Assembly: GCA_951406725.2 (NCBI GenBank) | Contig: OX597823.1 | Location: forward strand, 97,836,001 to 97,900,000 | Origin: Octopus vulgaris | Lineage: Eukaryota | Length of the DNA stretch: 64,000 bases | Direction of reading: 5' to 3' | Shown here: positions 60,543 through 64,000 of the stretch, one piece after another | Numbering within the stretch: position 1 is the stretch's first letter | Layout: each line of letters begins with the position of its first letter | Translations under genes and position numbers: made by a program | The notes under the pieces: model-generated | What the model was told of the DNA's origin: nothing | The model's input: only the letters and a program-made list of their open reading frames with translations | Database searches by the model: none

Positions 60543-60589
60543 ACAATGACTTACTCTATCAATTTGACATCCCTGACTATCACATCTAA

Positions 60590-60829
60590 CCCTTTAACTG
60601 TAAAATTAAATTTCATGGTCATTCCAATAATGATGTTAAATATCTACTGAAAAATATAATTTGTATTTTCTGCAAATCACATTGCTTCAGTAAAGTTGAC
60701 ATATCTCTACAAAAGTAGATTCAAACATGACATTCCTCAGTAAAAGATAAATTAATATATAAAACTACTTTCTACAGTTAAAGGTAATGAAATTTTGAGA
60801 GGATATATCTGATTTCCACAGTAAAAGGG
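60590..60829. mobile_element. piggyBac-like MITE (second family)
   Basis: CTAA|CCCTTTAACTGT...ACAGTAAAAGGG|TTAA. Confidence 0.65.
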
Positions 60830-61019
60830 TTAAAAATATTATGCATCAATAATCTGCATAAACCAAGGTCAGCCTGATGAAGCAGACCTTTGATCAAAAG
60901 TATCCTAGCCATGACTATCCCATTTTTTTAAAGTGTCTATCAATTTTTATATGATGGTAGTGTTGTGATTTGAGCAAAATTTAGTTGCTATACCCAGCAG
61001 GTCAAGCAACAGTGTAGAA

Positions 61020-63380
61020 GTTTATTCATTAGTTACTCACAGAGTGGTTGGCGTTAGGAAGAGCATCCAGCTGTAGAAACACTGCCAGATCAGACTGGAG
61101 CCTGGTGCAGCCTCCTAGCTTCTCAGACACCGGTCGAACCATCCAACCCATGCTAGCACGGAAAACGGACGTTAAACGATGATGATGATGATGTAGTCAT
61201 GGCTGTTTCTGCTGCTAAATAATCTGTGACTCAAACTGTACAATTGATGTATGTTTTCAGTCACAGACCTGATACTGGAGGCTGCTCAGAGAACTAAGAG
61301 CTCAAATCTTTTTCCTTCTGTTCACTTTCTGGCAACTTTAGGAAAAGGCTATAGTAGAAGACACTTCCCAAGGTGCCATACAGTGGGACTGAACCTGGAG
61401 TCATGTGGTTGAGAAGCAAGCTACTTACCACACAGCCATGCCTGTGCCTAGTATAGTGGAAAATATTGTATTCAGTTTGAAATTCCAAGAATGTTACCGA
61501 AGAAAGATGGAAGGGGTTACAATAGCCAAAACATTATTACTGTAATATAAGAACACAAGTCTGAATATGTCAGTGTATAATAAAGAAGCTGTCAGCTATA
61601 TCTGGTAATTCATATATGGCTCAGAGGTAAATTTACCTCCATGGTCCATATTTCAAGACTTAGAATTTAGTTGTGGTTCAGCACTGTAGAAATGCTAAAG
61701 CAACCCTGTAACTTACATTTTTATCTTTTTACTTGTTTCAGTGACAAGGCTATGGCCATGCTGGGGAACCACCTGGAAGGGTTTAATTGAGCAAATTGAC
61801 CCCAGTGTTTATTTTTAAGCTTAGTACTTACTGTATTGGTTTCTTTTACCGAACCACTAAGTTTTGGAGACATAAACAAACTAACATTGGTTTGGAGTAG
61901 AGTAGGGACAAACACACACACACACATACATACAATGGACTTCCATACAGATTCAATCCACTAAATTCACTCATGAAATATCGGTTGGCCCAGGGCTAAA
62001 GCAGAAGATACTGATTCAAAGTGCTGTGCTGTATGACTGTACCACATGATTGCAAAATGTGCTTCTTTACCACACAACCATACCTGTGTCTGAATTTTTT
62101 CATTCTCTTTTTGCCTTTATTTGAAATTTTTTCATTCATTTTTGGTTTTCATTCGAATTTATATTCTATGTTTTACTTTATTATTTTTTTGTATTTTTTC
62201 TAGATTTATAAGTAATATTTGAAGAATTTTGATGGATTCAAATTTTCTGTAAGTTTCAATTTATTTTTTCTTTTACTTTTAATTTCTTCCCATTTAATTA
62301 TTATTATTTTTTTTTCGTTTTGCTAGCCACACAGTCTTGAAGCTGGAAATGCTTTGCTGATAGTTGGACCAGTTTATGATTTTAAAATACTGCATTTGTT
62401 TGCTATTGTGATGTTTTTGCAGCAAAACAAATAGAATATTTTGTAACTAGTTTTCTCAACATGCCAGTGTAACATAAAAAGCACCTGTGCTGGTGGCACA
62501 TCAAAAGCACCTGTGCTCATGCTGCATAAAAAGTACCCAGTACTCTCTGTAAAGTGGTTGGCATTAAGAAGAGCATCCAGCAATAGAAACCATGTCAAAA
62601 CAGATAATTGGAGTCTGGTGCACTTCTCTGGCTGTTGTTGTTTGTTCCTTCTCGAGCCATGCCTGGCTCATAAGGGCCGGTTTCCAGGTTTCTTGGCATA
62701 TAGGTTCCCCACCTGGATGGGACACCAGTCCGTTGCAGGTAAGCTGCAAGATGCAGGAGGAAAGAGTGCGAGAAAGTTGTGGCGAAAGAGTCAGCAGAAG
62801 TTTCGCCATTACCTTCTGCCAGAGCTGTGTGGAGCTTAGGTGTTTCGCTCATAAACACACACATCGCTCGGTCTGAGATTCGAACCCACGATCCCTCGAC
62901 CGCAAGTCCACTGCTCTAACCACTAGGCCATGTGCCCCCACTCTCTCGATGGTCAGTTCCTGTCGAGCCATCTAACCCATACCAGCATGGAAAATGGACT
63001 TTAAATTGTAATGAATCTATATCCTCTCTTTTCTCCTACAGTTACTATAGTAACTGTTATTTTGATCTTACTGCATTTATTCTCCACTTCCAGATAAACT
63101 TACTCATTGCACCTATTGCTCCTCTCTTCAAACCTATGCTGTCTTTCCTACAACTTTTAAAGAAACTTTATCTGCATTTTTTTATACAAGGACCATCAGC
63201 AAATTCTTTTCCTCATGTAGCTGTGTGGTAAGAAGTTTGCTTCCCAACCACATGATTCCAGGTTCAGTTTCACTGCATGGCATCTTGGGCTAGTGTCTTC
63301 CATTATAGCCTCAGGCTAACCAAAGCCTTAGGAGTGGATTTGGTTGAGGGAAACTGAAAGAAGACTGTCATATATACAGT
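61020..63380. repeat. Cluster of degenerate SINEs and RTE 3' tails
   Basis: RTE tail 61040-61195; SINEs at ~61345-61450, 61720-62090, 62605-62938 and 63210-63375. Confidence 0.7.
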
Positions 63381-64000
63381 AATAAGAATTAGATGGCCAT
63401 GGCTGGAATGCTTTTTTTATCATAAGTTTGCTCTGTCATAGCTGGCCAGGATATGAATAATAAGTTTGTAGATATGAAAAGCAAGTCTAAAAATGTCATG
63501 TAGAAAGCAAAAAAAAAAAAAAAAAAAAAAAACTAAAAGAAATGGTCTTGGAAATGGTTGTTATATAATTTAGAAATATTTTTCTCTGTAAATTTCATAT
63601 CAGCCTTCTCTCCTGCCAAGTATAAAAAGCATTTGTGTGCAAGGTGTTTTATGAGCAAAAAAATATGTGTGTGCATGTGCAGGTATTTTATGTGCAATGT
63701 TTATCTGAATTTGTGACAGTTTGTACAAATTTACAATGAGATGGGTAGAAAGATGGAGGGAGGTAGGGGGGAACACCCTCCATAAAAGCTAGAAGAACAA
63801 CAGTAAATGTTTGTATGTGTTTCCCTGTCTGATGTGTGTATATTTGTTTTAATAACAAACCAACGTTGATAATCAATTTTATGAACTGTAACGATAAGGT
63901 AAAGAGGTTTTTCTTTTAGCTCTGTATTTATAATAAACATGTTCGTGTGTGCACATATGCATGCATCTGTCTGGGTGTAAATGTATAAATGTATTTCAAT

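Noticed and set aside
60860-60925. Hammerhead at CTGATGA
   Set aside because: Part of a dispersed SINE-like repeat (cf. 36350-36410); no catalytic topology

Overview
Eukaryotic, AT-rich, repeat-dense genomic DNA. The SINE, RTE and Penelope repeat types and the microsatellite load suggest a coleoid cephalopod, probably Octopus (inference). The only host gene I can support is an 8-exon AP endonuclease 1 (APEX1/ExoIII family; + strand; 9891-23073; 293 aa, assembled by hand with all intron phases consistent). The rest is mostly decayed mobile DNA: two Gypsy LTR elements, Tx1-, RTE-, CR1- and R4-type LINE fragments, Penelope fragments, mariner/hAT/Merlin remnants, non-autonomous Helitrons, MITEs and tRNA-derived SINEs. 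Most notable: (1) three intact-core type I hammerhead ribozymes plus decayed copies, associated with Penelope-like repeats; (2) a near-identical inverted duplication bracketing the catalytic APEX1 exons 6-7; (3) an orphan tandem copy of the APEX1 promoter and exon 1 that preserves empty TE insertion sites; (4) a ~790 bp near-perfect foldback in APEX1 intron 1; (5) triplicated LTR-end/primer-site motifs in both Gypsy elements; (6) a Helitron carrying the 5' part of a LINE-like ORF1. All calls come from reading the sequence by eye; no searches were run.
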